A DNA stretch of 30,962 nucleotides, taken from positions 1 through 30,962 of IMG/VR virus record IMGVR_UViG_3300032335_000904; one strand, given 5' to 3'. This document shows, piece after piece, positions 6,457 through 16,544 of this stretch (positions within the stretch are counted from its first letter, which is position 1; each line of letters begins with the position of its first letter). Both the position numbers and the translations under genes were made by a program. The notes under the pieces were generated by a model, which searched no databases, was not told the DNA's origin, and was given only the letters and a program-made list of their open reading frames with translations. The stretch is from a virus. Taxonomy: Duplodnaviria > Caudoviricetes.

Positions 6457-9400
6457 TCAGCTGAACGTGATACCATCGTCGGACGTCCGCTGCGTCAGAC
6501 TGCCGCTTTCGACATCGAGCAGCACCAGCCGACGATTGCCACCGTTCGTCACGTCCTCATCGACTGCGATGCATTCGTCATCGACGCCCGATGCGACCAC
6601 TGTCAGCGATGCCTGCAGCACCGTATCTGCTCGATCAGTTATCTGTCCCTTGATGGCTGTGCCATCTATCCAATAGATGTAGCGATTTCCGTCGCGACCG
6701 ATGATGAATGTCGGCTTAACGCCGTTTGCGATTGTTCTCATAAGTGTCCATGCCTCGTTTAGTGCGTCAGCTTTGTACAGCTTGATTGACTTGTTGATTT
6801 CGACGACTAGGTAAATTTTCTGATCTGTTGACTGCCGATCAATTCTGATGGCGCAGCTCGTCGCAGACAGTGCCAGCGTGTTCACTGTGGAAAATGCCAG
6901 ACCGTTGTCAGACTTCCTGATCAGGACGTTTCCTGAGTTATCCACATAGGCTGCGGCATGCACGTTCGATGCGAAGTCGATGTCGAGTGAGAGTCTGCAT
7001 CTGGCGGATCTTAGCAGACAGAACCAGCCATGCCATGGTCGCGCCTTGGCATAGATGTCGCCACTCGAGACAATTCGCCAGTCGGTTTCGGTGTTATCCA
7101 GAACTGGATTAAATTGCCAGATGTACCAGCCAGATGGCGGCACAGCGACAGCCGACCCTGAGTCCGCAGCTGCTGGTGTCTGGAGTTTCGCAGCTGCAGC
7201 AGCATTTGAAATCAGATAACGTCCGTCCTGCACATGGTCATAAACGACCTGGCAGTAGCTACCTGATGCTGTCCAATCGACCAGGCTTCGTTTCCTGAAC
7301 GGAAAACATGCCAGCGGCGGAATCTCTGAGAATGAGTTAATCAGTGCGATGCGCAGGTCCTCGTTCGTCCCCTTAGGCAAAACGTAGCTGTTCGAGAATT
7401 TGTCAGCGACTGCGATGCTCTGTCCTTCGTATGAATCGTAAAGACTCGACAGGTCAGTCGTAATGGTCGATGCCAGTGATGCGCCGCCATTTCCCTGCAC
7501 GACTCGGTATTTGAATGCCAGCGCGTCGACGATGGTATTCGGCGTTCCCATGCCTGTCAGCAGCGGCGGATCCTGGAAACCCAGAATCGGACTGTACCAG
7601 GTCAAATTCCCCCAGCGATGGTTCGGTCCGTCCGCCCACAGCATGCTGGCTGCTCGACTGTTTTCCCAGTACACCAGCGGATGTGTCGCCTCCAGATTGA
7701 ATGTCGGAAAATTGATGGTCACAGGATTCGCAGGATTCGTCGGCGTGATCCTGAATCTTAATTTCGCGAACTGTCTGCCCTTGCCTAGCTGAAACCCGAC
7801 GACCGTTTCTGGATTCGACATGTACGCGCTGCTGACACCAGATGCCAGCTGGTCGACACCAGTGTCGGTGATGCCGCTGATAATCGAATACCCGTTATCA
7901 ATCGCCCATGTGCCAGCGTATTTCAGCTGGATGCCAGTCGGCAGGTCATACGTTCCTGGCGCGGATGCGATGTAATTTGTGGCGTTGTCTTGCCCATAGA
8001 ATGAAACCTCGATTTTCGAGACGTTCGTCGTGGACCATGCCAGAATGACCTGGCGCGCTTTGGTCAGCAGCATGAACGGATCCGCCGTCCACTGCGCCAT
8101 GTCCAGCTCGATGTAAGTGTTCGACCCGCTGAATCCTGTGACGACGATGTTCGCGCCGAGTGTCACAGTGCAATCATTCGCAGTCCAGACACCTGGTCTG
8201 GTCGTTGACAGTGTGATGGCGCTCGGCTGCGTCATGGTTAGCACCTTGAATCTGCTGCTGCCAATCCACCTGAAGCCACCGAAAAACGCATCGAGAAATG
8301 GCTGATTTCCATTGTCGATTTCCAGCACCGAGGAAATCTGGCTGTTCCTGGTCCTCGGATTCGATGGCAGCGCGGCATTGTATAGCCATTGTTCCTTAAT
8401 CGGACCCCAGTAATCCTGCCATGGCTGCGATGCGCCGTCTACGTCCCAGTCTGCTCGATGGTATGCCAGATTCCAGTGTGGATTCACCCACGACCCTGTA
8501 TAGCGCATCAGCATGTCGGCATGTCCCTGATAGCCAGCCAGCGTGTCGACGCTTGACGGAAATGTGATGGCGATGCCCTCCGATTGATTCAGGTTAGTAT
8601 CGGTCGGCGCGATGTTCGTGCAGGTCCAGGACAGGACCTCGCCCTCTGGACAGCTCGGGATTGGCACCGACGGCGGCGGACATAGACAAACTGTGTATCC
8701 TTCGTATGACCAGGTCTTGCTGTAGCTTTTCCCCTTGCTCCAGTTCGCCTGAGTGTAGATGGTGTTCGGGAATGCTTGCTCAACGTTGCTGGTCGCGTTC
8801 GTGACGACCTCGAGAAAATCTGGTCCAAGATCCGCGTACACGACCTGCGACCCGCCAGTGTTGACTGTTACCGCGCCGACAGTGCAGTTTCTCGTCGCCG
8901 ACCCTCTAACCTCTGGAAAATCAAAACGTCGCCAGAGTGCCTTGTAGTCCGTGTTCCATCTGACGATGGCGCGCTCCAGATTCGGTATCGCCCTGGCTGC
9001 GCCGCCATGACTTTCGCTCCAGCTCTCGACATAATACGCATCGATGTAGCCGTCGTCATACTCATCTGTACATGGATCGAGACAGTAACCCTGCACGATT
9101 TCATCATAAACGATGGTCCCGCCGCCCTCACCGACACACTCACCGACGACTCGCTGCATCAGTGCGCGGCGACCGTCATACGTTCGCTCGGTCTTGCTGT
9201 ATGAACGTGTCGAGATGATGATGCTGTCGGTGTCCGCGACCGAGATTTCGCTGCCGAAACTCAGATTATAGGGACAACTGCCAGATGTCGGAATACTTGC
9301 TGTCCAGACTGCGCATGGCAAAACTGTCCATGCGTTCGTCTCGTCCTGGAATCGCCAGCCAGCAGTGATGGTCTGGTTCGCCTCTGCCTCTGTCACATAT

Positions 9401-9945
9401 TCCATCGCGCCAGGATCACACGGATCGTACACCGATGGCGTGTATACCTTCGATGCGCTGCAGCTGCCTGTCGCGTACAATGGCGTGGCAAGATAGTCGA
9501 TATAGTTCGGACCGACACCATTCGATGTTACGTCGACGCCGCCCAGCGTGGTCGACAGTACGCCGTTCACATAGACTTGCAGCGAAGTCCAGGTCGTTCG
9601 ATAGAGACTGCCTGTGAGTTTGGTGTAGATTTTTAGACCGAGAATCCGAACCTTTATTGAAACTGTAGACAGAAATGCCGCAGCTCCGACGACGTAGCCA
9701 CCGAATGGCGCGCCTGGTCCGTCGTATTTGACCTGCCATGCTGTCGTGCCAGCACCATCGTCGCTCGAGGAAACCTCAAGGTATATGCCAGTGTTTACAT
9801 TTATCGCGTTCGGAACGTACTGCGTCTGCGCGTTCGCCGTGTGTGATTTTGCCAGTGTCCCGCTTCCTGATCCTGTGGCTGAAACCGTCGACTCAAGCTT
9901 GTACTCGATGGCATCGGTCGCGAAAATAAGTCCGTTATTTGGCAT
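6457..9945 (-). CDS. Large tail tip/adsorption protein (1162 aa)
   Basis: Position downstream of TMP and the tail protein; Thr/Ser/Gly/Trp-rich, probably mostly beta; Cys-rich segments. Confidence 0.75.
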   Translation of the reverse strand: MPNNGLIFATDAIEYKLESTVSATGSGSGTLAKSHTANAQTQYVPNAINVNTGIYLEVSSSDDGAGTTAWQVKYDGPGAPFGGYVVGAAAFLSTVSIKVRILGLKIYTKLTGSLYRTTWTSLQVYVNGVLSTTLGGVDVTSNGVGPNYIDYLATPLYATGSCSASKVYTPSVYDPCDPGAMEYVTEAEANQTITAGWRFQDETNAWTVLPCAVWTASIPTSGSCPYNLSFGSEISVADTDSIIISTRSYSKTERTYDGRRALMQRVVGECVGEGGGTIVYDEIVQGYCLDPCTDEYDDGYIDAYYVESWSESHGGAARAIPNLERAIVRWNTDYKALWRRFDFPEVRGSATRNCTVGAVTVNTGGSQVVYADLGPDFLEVVTNATSNVEQAFPNTIYTQANWSKGKSYSKTWSYEGYTVCLCPPPSVPIPSCPEGEVLSWTCTNIAPTDTNLNQSEGIAITFPSSVDTLAGYQGHADMLMRYTGSWVNPHWNLAYHRADWDVDGASQPWQDYWGPIKEQWLYNAALPSNPRTRNSQISSVLEIDNGNQPFLDAFFGGFRWIGSSRFKVLTMTQPSAITLSTTRPGVWTANDCTVTLGANIVVTGFSGSNTYIELDMAQWTADPFMLLTKARQVILAWSTTNVSKIEVSFYGQDNATNYIASAPGTYDLPTGIQLKYAGTWAIDNGYSIISGITDTGVDQLASGVSSAYMSNPETVVGFQLGKGRQFAKLRFRITPTNPANPVTINFPTFNLEATHPLVYWENSRAASMLWADGPNHRWGNLTWYSPILGFQDPPLLTGMGTPNTIVDALAFKYRVVQGNGGASLASTITTDLSSLYDSYEGQSIAVADKFSNSYVLPKGTNEDLRIALINSFSEIPPLACFPFRKRSLVDWTASGSYCQVVYDHVQDGRYLISNAAAAAKLQTPAAADSGSAVAVPPSGWYIWQFNPVLDNTETDWRIVSSGDIYAKARPWHGWFCLLRSARCRLSLDIDFASNVHAAAYVDNSGNVLIRKSDNGLAFSTVNTLALSATSCAIRIDRQSTDQKIYLVVEINKSIKLYKADALNEAWTLMRTIANGVKPTFIIGRDGNRYIYWIDGTAIKGQITDRADTVLQASLTVVASGVDDECIAVDEDVTNGGNRRLVLLDVESGSLTQRTSDDGITFS

Positions 9946-10135
9946 CCTGACACCCGCATGGTTTTACTGTCATGGTCGATGTCGGCGCAGCTGCGTCGGC
10001 GATGGCTTTCCACTGATTTGCGAATTTGACCAGCGCGAAAATGAAGTCTTCGCGTCTGCAATCGCAGCCAACAATTTTCAGGTCCAGCTCGACCTGCTCA
10101 CCCTCGCCGCCGATGTTGATGGTGATATTTGTCAT
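9935..10135 (-). CDS. Small Cys-containing tail-module protein
   Basis: ATGA-coupled, fills the gap between large tail genes; GCDC and PCGC motifs. Confidence 0.65.
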   Translation of the reverse strand: MTNITINIGGEGEQVELDLKIVGCDCRREDFIFALVKFANQWKAIADAAAPTSTMTVKPCGCQDAK

Positions 10136-12468
10136 AACACATTCCGCGTGTAAATCGGCATTCGCGTGATGCTGCCTTCGATGAACCCTCGACGTGCAAG
10201 TGCTGTCCTCACGCCGTTCATGGTCCCGAATGCGACGATTTCATCGAACGATGCCGAGTTTGAATAGCCGACGATGTTGGACAAAACGTAGGTGCATGGA
10301 CGCCACATCCAGTCGTCGCTGGCTGCTGAATTTGGATCTTTCTCGACGCCGCCCTGAATGCTGGTCACAATGAAATCGACACCGTTCAGCGTGACCTTGT
10401 CTGAAACCCACACTGGAAAACCTGTGACATCGGAGACGACTGGCAGCTCGACCTCAATCTCATTTACCTGCCGCGCAGGACTGCATCTGTCGTACAGCAG
10501 CGCCGCAGCCGAATCCGCCAGGTCCTGAGTCGCGAGTCCCTTGTTTATCAATCCAAGTCGTGACAGTCCGCCTATCCAGTTTGTCGGTCTGGCTGATGGC
10601 GCCAGCGTTGGATCGATGCTTGACGTGTCTCGCTTGACTGCCTGGACTGGCTGCTGCTGACGCGGATCAAAACCTGTGACGATAATTTCATTCGCCTCTG
10701 GGTTTATGTAATGGTAACGCTGCTGTCTATAGACATACCGCCATGCCTCGGCTGCCGCCTTGCCAGCTGCGATAGCATTCGCAATCGTGTCGTAAAACGT
10801 GAATTTCGATGCTGCAGCATTGATGGTCGCTGGGCTTTTCGTCGTGAACTTCGGTGTGGTCGCGCCTGGGTATTCCCCATACCACCAGCCGCCCAGATAG
10901 TCCTGCATGACCCGTGACAGGTATGACCATGCGTTCTCGCCGATGTCTGCAATTTCCGAGAAATCACCGCACAGTGCTGGCGCGATGTCGCCTGCTTTTA
11001 CTGTGGATGTCTCGAGCGCCAGGTCGCTGTCACTGCCGCCGACCAGATGGACCAGCCGACGAATGACGCAGTCGCTGCTGGCATGTGAAATCAGCATGCC
11101 ATCGAAAACCATGCGCTCGCGGAACATGTAAGTTTTCAGCAGCTGCGTGATGTGGCTGTTCGCTGTCAATGTGGCTCGACCGAGTGACGGTGTCGTTCCC
11201 TCGATCCATTCAATCGGCTCCGTGATGCCGTTGTGGAAAACCGTGGTCCCGAGCGTCGTTTTTGTTGGTTTGTTCGCGTGGTATTGCAGTCCAGTGATGC
11301 CGATGCCAAGCGGATTAAACAGGTCCCACCTGAGTGTCGCGCCGCCAGTCTCTGGGACACTGAAGTTCATGCGCTGCCAGTAGGTCGACAGGTTCGCCGA
11401 CTCGCTCGCATCAGTGTTCGCCGACAGTGCTTTGTAGCCGCCAGAAATTCCATAAACGAACGGCGAGGAAAAACCATTTCCTGTCAGTGCAGCTTTTACG
11501 CGCAGCTGGACCTTGACGCCGTCTGGCACGAATGCCGTGGTTCCGTCAGTGTCTGTCAGCGATGCGACGACTGCGTCGGTGTTACCTGTGCGATACGATT
11601 GATTTCCGTACACTCGACCTGATCCAGACGCCCAGCTCGGGTTCGTGTTCGTTTCCAGAACCGCGCCTGTGGCTGGCGCTTCCGCCAGGTCATACAGCAT
11701 GGATGCCGCATAGCCTGACGTCGCGAACTTCAGCGGCGCTGCCTGAAACTTGACAGTGCCGTTCATCTTGATCCAGAACTTTGTGGCTGGCGTGATGGTT
11801 GGATCTGTGTCGCTGTCCAGAATGTCGTCGAACACTGCGCGCACACCGTTTCCAGCAGTCGACAGCACCAGCAGCTCGCGATGGCGGCATGGAATTAGCA
11901 CCAGCTCAATCAGTGTGTTTTGAATCGTCTGGCTGCCCTTCGCGCCAGACACCTGACCCTCGACGACTTTGATGCCGCCGCGCCAGACCTCGACGACGCC
12001 ATCGGAGTACAGTCTGCATGCTGTGTTCGATGTGACAGATCCGCCAGCGTCCCAGCCGAATTCAGCCAACGTATATCTGCTGCCCTCTGAGTAGCCGAAA
12101 AATCCGACATAGAATCCTGTGTTTTTGGCGTACGTCGCAGTCGTGATGACCGATGTACCTTTCGCAGACGTCGGACCTTCCAGGTATTTAGACCCACCGA
12201 CACCAGTGATGTCTGTGACTGACCAGGTCGCACCGAGTCCGAAATCCGCCAGACCCAGCTTGTCATACGGCGCAGTATTGCTGGTGTACCATGCGGCGTA
12301 GAATGGTCGTGGTCGCAGCATTAACGTCGATGTCAATGGATCGATGAACGTATCCGCAAAATACTGCCCAGTGTTGAAATCGTCACCAGCAGCAGAAAAC
12401 CCGATTCGGTCCTGACTCTGTCGCCACTGCTCGACATCGACATCAAAACTGAATTCAGGTCGTGGCAT
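10132..12468 (-). CDS. Tail protein (baseplate hub/Tal-like, 778 aa)
   Basis: Directly follows TMP (TAATG); C-terminal part resembles hub-protein organisation (GENAWSYLSRV...ANEIIVTG). Confidence 0.7.
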   Translation of the reverse strand: MPRPEFSFDVDVEQWRQSQDRIGFSAAGDDFNTGQYFADTFIDPLTSTLMLRPRPFYAAWYTSNTAPYDKLGLADFGLGATWSVTDITGVGGSKYLEGPTSAKGTSVITTATYAKNTGFYVGFFGYSEGSRYTLAEFGWDAGGSVTSNTACRLYSDGVVEVWRGGIKVVEGQVSGAKGSQTIQNTLIELVLIPCRHRELLVLSTAGNGVRAVFDDILDSDTDPTITPATKFWIKMNGTVKFQAAPLKFATSGYAASMLYDLAEAPATGAVLETNTNPSWASGSGRVYGNQSYRTGNTDAVVASLTDTDGTTAFVPDGVKVQLRVKAALTGNGFSSPFVYGISGGYKALSANTDASESANLSTYWQRMNFSVPETGGATLRWDLFNPLGIGITGLQYHANKPTKTTLGTTVFHNGITEPIEWIEGTTPSLGRATLTANSHITQLLKTYMFRERMVFDGMLISHASSDCVIRRLVHLVGGSDSDLALETSTVKAGDIAPALCGDFSEIADIGENAWSYLSRVMQDYLGGWWYGEYPGATTPKFTTKSPATINAAASKFTFYDTIANAIAAGKAAAEAWRYVYRQQRYHYINPEANEIIVTGFDPRQQQPVQAVKRDTSSIDPTLAPSARPTNWIGGLSRLGLINKGLATQDLADSAAALLYDRCSPARQVNEIEVELPVVSDVTGFPVWVSDKVTLNGVDFIVTSIQGGVEKDPNSAASDDWMWRPCTYVLSNIVGYSNSASFDEIVAFGTMNGVRTALARRGFIEGSITRMPIYTRNVL

Positions 12469-14015
12469 TACACTTCCCGCCTGCTGACGTTATAGCCGAT
12501 GTTTTTCGCTGAGACATTCACCATGTTACGCTCGATGGCATAACCTAACTCGACCAGCAGCGACTTGATTTCCTGAGTGCCAGACCGCCGCCGACCTGCC
12601 AGACCTTGCATTTCCTCGCGGCTTAAACCTCTCGATGCCAGACTGCCGCCGCCCAAAACTCGGTCGTTTATGTCCGCCATTTTCTTAGTGTTGTCGTTCG
12701 TTCCTGCACTGCTGTCTGCGATGTTTTTCAGCAGGTCCTTGACCGAATCGCCTGGAGTCGCAACACCTGTCGGCGCTTCGGAAGTTTTCCCTAAGTTTTC
12801 CCCAGCTGCTGCGTCTGCGGCGTCCTTGGCTTTCCTGGCTGACAGCTCAGCTCGTTTCTGCGCGATGAAATCCGATGCCGCTGTCTGACCGTATGCCTCG
12901 CCGAGAAATTTGTCGATGCCGAGTGTTTTGTCAATGAATCCCAGATGCGCCCTCAGCAGCTTAATCCCTGGGAACATTTCCGCGATTGATAAAATTCCCT
13001 CGCCGAATGCCACCATCCCGTCGTAAAAGTTTCGTAGGTATTGACCGAGTCCGACGAATGCACCAGACACATTGAGCAGATATTCCTCGACGTCCAGCGT
13101 CGCATCAGGAATGCCCTGCAGAGTGCCGACGAACGATTTCACCGCGTCACCGAAAACGTTCACCTTCGTCAGGTTTTCCATCGCGCTCGCCAGCGTTTCA
13201 AAAACTGGGACCACATAGTCAATCAGCGACAGACCAATTTGCCGCATGACCCTGTTGAACGAATCGCCCAGCGACGCGAGTTTCGCCATCGGACCGCTCG
13301 CCATTTCCTCCGCCAATTTCCCGAATTTTGCATTCACGACGACCTCGATCGCAGTGAGTGCCTGGTCGACTGTGCCTTGGAATGACCCGCCCTTGTCGAA
13401 CTTCAGACCTTGAGCAGCCAGCGCTTCTCTAGAAATGCCACCTCTCGCCAGCGACTCGAAGCCTTCGCCGAATCGACCCGATTTGATATAACCGAGCGCC
13501 GAGACGAATGAATTTAATGACTCGGCATTTCCACCGAAAACCGTTCCCAGCTTCTCTGCAATCGGCAAAAATCGCTCTGTGCTAAGTCCGAATGCCTCGA
13601 GCAACTTCGCCGACTCGCCAAGTGTCGCTGTGTCGAAAACCGATGGAATCGCCAATTTGTCGATGAATGAAAGAATTTGACCTGTCCGCTCGCCGCTGCC
13701 TGTGATGGCTGTCAGTGATCGCTGCAGTGTGTCGAACTGCGTCGCTGTCTCGAGCGCCGCTTTTCCGCCGAGAACCAATGGGACAGCGATTGCAGCCACA
13801 GCCCCGACCGCTGCTCCGATAGTCCCTGTCACCAGCTGCGCGCCTTCGCCGAGTTTCTTGAGCATGCCACCGCTTGAGTGCGCCGATGCGCCTGATTTCT
13901 TGACAGCCTTGCCAGCGTCAGCCGATGCCGCTGCGACCTTTTTCGCGCCGTCCTCGAAACCCTTGGAATTCAAGACGTACTGCGACTCAACAATTTCGAC
14001 TGTGACTTTTGACAT
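12468..14015 (-). CDS. Tape measure protein
   Basis: Ala/Gly-rich helical protein with tape-measure domain (SLTAITGS...LLEAFG) after the tail chaperone. Confidence 0.9.
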   Translation of the reverse strand: MSKVTVEIVESQYVLNSKGFEDGAKKVAAASADAGKAVKKSGASAHSSGGMLKKLGEGAQLVTGTIGAAVGAVAAIAVPLVLGGKAALETATQFDTLQRSLTAITGSGERTGQILSFIDKLAIPSVFDTATLGESAKLLEAFGLSTERFLPIAEKLGTVFGGNAESLNSFVSALGYIKSGRFGEGFESLARGGISREALAAQGLKFDKGGSFQGTVDQALTAIEVVVNAKFGKLAEEMASGPMAKLASLGDSFNRVMRQIGLSLIDYVVPVFETLASAMENLTKVNVFGDAVKSFVGTLQGIPDATLDVEEYLLNVSGAFVGLGQYLRNFYDGMVAFGEGILSIAEMFPGIKLLRAHLGFIDKTLGIDKFLGEAYGQTAASDFIAQKRAELSARKAKDAADAAAGENLGKTSEAPTGVATPGDSVKDLLKNIADSSAGTNDNTKKMADINDRVLGGGSLASRGLSREEMQGLAGRRRSGTQEIKSLLVELGYAIERNMVNVSAKNIGYNVSRREV

Positions 14016-14018
14016 ATC

Positions 14019-14596
14019 CTAACCTACGATTATGACTTGTTGAGGCGATGGTGGCTGAACCTCGTTCAGTGCCAGAATTTGCAGGACCCTGTACTGATGA
14101 TGCGAGTCCAGGTCGTCGAACCATTGACCATAGACATCGACTGCGACCCTGCATTTTGCGGCATAGTCGCGATTCAGCTCGAGTCTTTTTTTTCGTCTAC
14201 GAATACCGCGAATTCTGAAGTCTTATTTGCAGCTGCGGCATCGAGCGCAGCGATGGTTCCTGCGAACACTGGTGCTGCTCTTTTTGCCAGCGTCAGCCAT
14301 GCCAGCTCGTTCTGAAATTCCTCGTCCAGCGACAGCATGGCGAGCATTTTTGCCTGTGCCAGAATGCCTGCATTCGATGTGGCGACCTCTTTCCAATTTG
14401 GCAGCACAGCGCCCTCGGAAATCTGTTTCGACATCTGCTTCGCCCAGCGCGTGACCTCGTTCTCGATGCGAATCCGTTCCTCCATGTCAATCAGGATTTT
14501 GAACCGCAGCTTCACGCCCTCGACGACTGTCACCTCAACAGTATCACTGACTGGCGCTGATGTCTCGAGGATTTTATTTAGCAGCTCGCCGACCAT
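14019..14596 (-). CDS. Tail assembly chaperone GT (-1 frameshift product)
   Basis: Slippery GAAAAAAAAG (A8 at 14186-14193); the -1 frame stays open (RLELNRDYAAKC...QQVIIVG) to TAG at 14019-14021, 3 nt before the TMP start. Confidence 0.8.
14174..14596 (-). CDS. Tail assembly chaperone G
   Basis: Between tail tube and TMP; ends DEKKDSS at the slippery site. Confidence 0.85.
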   Translation of the reverse strand: MVGELLNKILETSAPVSDTVEVTVVEGVKLRFKILIDMEERIRIENEVTRWAKQMSKQISEGAVLPNWKEVATSNAGILAQAKMLAMLSLDEEFQNELAWLTLAKRAAPVFAGTIAALDAAAANKTSEFAVFVDEKKDSS

Positions 14597-14724
14597 CAGT
14601 TGTCGCCAGCCTCGGCTTTCGCCTCAGATTTTTCTGGCTGTTTTGCCTCAGGTTTTTCGTCAGCAGTTCCGCATTGGTGGTCGCGAAATCCGCCTTCAGG
14701 TTTAGTGTCTTTTTCTTTTGCCAT
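14596..14724 (-). CDS. 42-aa charged low-complexity protein (not in ORF track)
   Basis: MAKEKDTKPEGG...EAGDN; TAAGGA SD; TGATG overlap with the chaperone start. Confidence 0.65.
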   Translation of the reverse strand: MAKEKDTKPEGGFRDHQCGTADEKPEAKQPEKSEAKAEAGDN

Positions 14725-14749
14725 TTGTTAGGTTTCCTTACAGTTAAAA

Positions 14750-15511
14750 TCAGCTCTTGACCAGAGTTCCCATGCCCTTGAACGTGTACGATTCAGTCAC
14801 GATGCCAGTCTCTGGAATGGTCAGCGATGCAGACTCGACCAGCGTGGTCCCAGTATACGTGCCGAGAGTCGTGATGGTTGCGACGAATGTCACCAGCGTG
14901 TCGCCAGTGAGCGCAGTTGTCCAGAGAGTGTTGCCTGTCGATGTGGTCGGAGTGCCGCGCTGCTCGAAATCGATGTTTACCAAAATCAGACCGTCGCGCT
15001 CGGTTCGCAGCTCGGCTGTCGTCAGTGTCACAGGTAGCACCAGAACCATGCCGCCGATGCTGACTGACAATGTCGTTTCAACAGCTGACAGCGTCGCATT
15101 GTTGAGCGTTTCCATCAGTGTCGATGTGTCTGCATCGAGAATCTGGAGTGTCGCGCTGCCTGTGAATTTGGTCCCAGTTGACTGGTACGTCATGAACCCA
15201 TCAGCCCGACCAGAACATTCCTGCGATGCTGTCGAGATGTTGATGTTGAGTGTCCGAATTTTTGCCAGCACGTCTGCGACGATGTTCGCCACCGTCAGTG
15301 TGAGTGTGGTCTGGCGTGTGCCTGATACGTCGCGCATCAGCTCGGTTGACGCCTCGAAACTTCGTTTCACAGGTACAGCTTTTGAATGTCTGGCTGCTCC
15401 GCCCTTGCCCTCCTCGACCTGCGCTGACACCTTGAAACTGACGTTCGTGAAAACGTCTAGAACACTGGTCCCGTCGAGTGTATATGCTGTGAGATCGCCT
15501 GCGTATTTCAT
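14750..15511 (-). CDS. Major tail tube protein with internal duplication
   Basis: Position; C-terminal YTGTTLVESASLTIPETGIVTESYTFKGMG typical of siphophage tube proteins. Confidence 0.82.
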   Translation of the reverse strand: MKYAGDLTAYTLDGTSVLDVFTNVSFKVSAQVEEGKGGAARHSKAVPVKRSFEASTELMRDVSGTRQTTLTLTVANIVADVLAKIRTLNINISTASQECSGRADGFMTYQSTGTKFTGSATLQILDADTSTLMETLNNATLSAVETTLSVSIGGMVLVLPVTLTTAELRTERDGLILVNIDFEQRGTPTTSTGNTLWTTALTGDTLVTFVATITTLGTYTGTTLVESASLTIPETGIVTESYTFKGMGTLVKS

Positions 15512-15552
15512 AACTGATTACCTGTTTCTTGTTTCATTTTGACACTTTGATT

Positions 15553-16116
15553 TCATGGTTTTCGGTTGCCATCGAGATACATCTGGCGGAACACTTTTCT
15601 ATATGACTTGATTTTCTCGCCGATGTATCCCTTCTCGCCTTTGCCCCAGACGCCTCGACCTACCATTTTTCGAGTGCCAGCTGGCAAAACCACATAAATG
15701 CTTCCCTTGGCTGACCGACCGAAACCAGCTGTGATGACGTGCGCACCACCTGCTCGACGTTTTGTGACGTAGGCAGACCGCGTCAGATTGCCACTGATTC
15801 GACCTATAGGCAGATTCGGCGCAGACCCTTTGCGCTTGCCGACTTTTGGTCCTCGCCTGTACTGCGCAGCACCTCTTTTCCGTCCGTTCGGCGTAGACTT
15901 TGCTGCCGAGACTCCTCGACCATAGGGATGCCCCATGCGCGCCAGCCAGTTGATTCGCGCTTCGCCGCTCGGCTTTGCACCGTTCGTCACGTCCTGCATG
16001 TCTAGCCGCAGCTGCGCCCTGATTTCCTCGACAGCTTTGTCCATCGACATGCCCAGCCGTTTCATTTTCTCAGCCATGGCAAGCGCCGCCTGAGTCGTCG
16101 TGCGCTTCACTGCCAT
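15553..16116 (-). CDS. Neck/tail-completion protein (HK97 gp10-like position), very basic
   Basis: PIGRISGNLTRS and GTRKMVGR motifs; synteny. Confidence 0.65.
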   Translation of the reverse strand: MAVKRTTTQAALAMAEKMKRLGMSMDKAVEEIRAQLRLDMQDVTNGAKPSGEARINWLARMGHPYGRGVSAAKSTPNGRKRGAAQYRRGPKVGKRKGSAPNLPIGRISGNLTRSAYVTKRRAGGAHVITAGFGRSAKGSIYVVLPAGTRKMVGRGVWGKGEKGYIGEKIKSYRKVFRQMYLDGNRKP

Positions 16117-16544
16117 AATGTCGTGTTCACCGTGAATGTCATGCTGACGCCGCAGGAATTGTCGACATCATCGAGAGGAATCGGTGTCCAGCTCGTCACC
16201 ATCGGCATGTAGCCAACGCCGCCGAATGCGGCTGCAGCTGCTGGAATGGATCCTGAACTTTCAGAAAATGGTGTCAGCAGGTCGATGAGCGCCTCGGCTT
16301 TTTCCGCCATGAGTTTCTGTGCGTCTGTGCTGCCAACTGGCAGTGCAAACTCGCCAGCGATGGTCCATGTCCACTGCTGCTCGACCGACCGACCAGCTGC
16401 TGCTCGGTCGCAGCTCTCGAGCGTTATCACAGCTCGCGGCAGCTGTGGCAGCGGCTTAGCAGCTCGACCTGGCGATGTCGACTCGACGTCCCAGGCAGTT
16501 TTAATGTGACCTGCGATGGCGTTGAAAATGTCTGTATAGTGCAT
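16107..16544 (-). CDS. Putative tail terminator protein
   Basis: Size and synteny; LPRAVI pattern. Confidence 0.55.
   Translation of the reverse strand: MHYTDIFNAIAGHIKTAWDVESTSPGRAAKPLPQLPRAVITLESCDRAAAGRSVEQQWTWTIAGEFALPVGSTDAQKLMAEKAEALIDLLTPFSESSGSIPAAAAAFGGVGYMPMVTSWTPIPLDDVDNSCGVSMTFTVNTTLWQ

Noticed and set aside
6938-6946. Single TTATCCACA DnaA box
   Set aside because: Isolated and inside a coding sequence; compatible with chance.
14596-14752. Readthrough or frameshift extension of the tail tube into the 42-aa ORF
   Set aside because: In-frame TAA stops follow the tube's TGA, and the small ORF has its own SD.
14757-15542. 261-aa plus-strand ORF and other antisense ORFs across the late region
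   Set aside because: Antisense shadows of well-supported minus-strand genes in GC-rich DNA.
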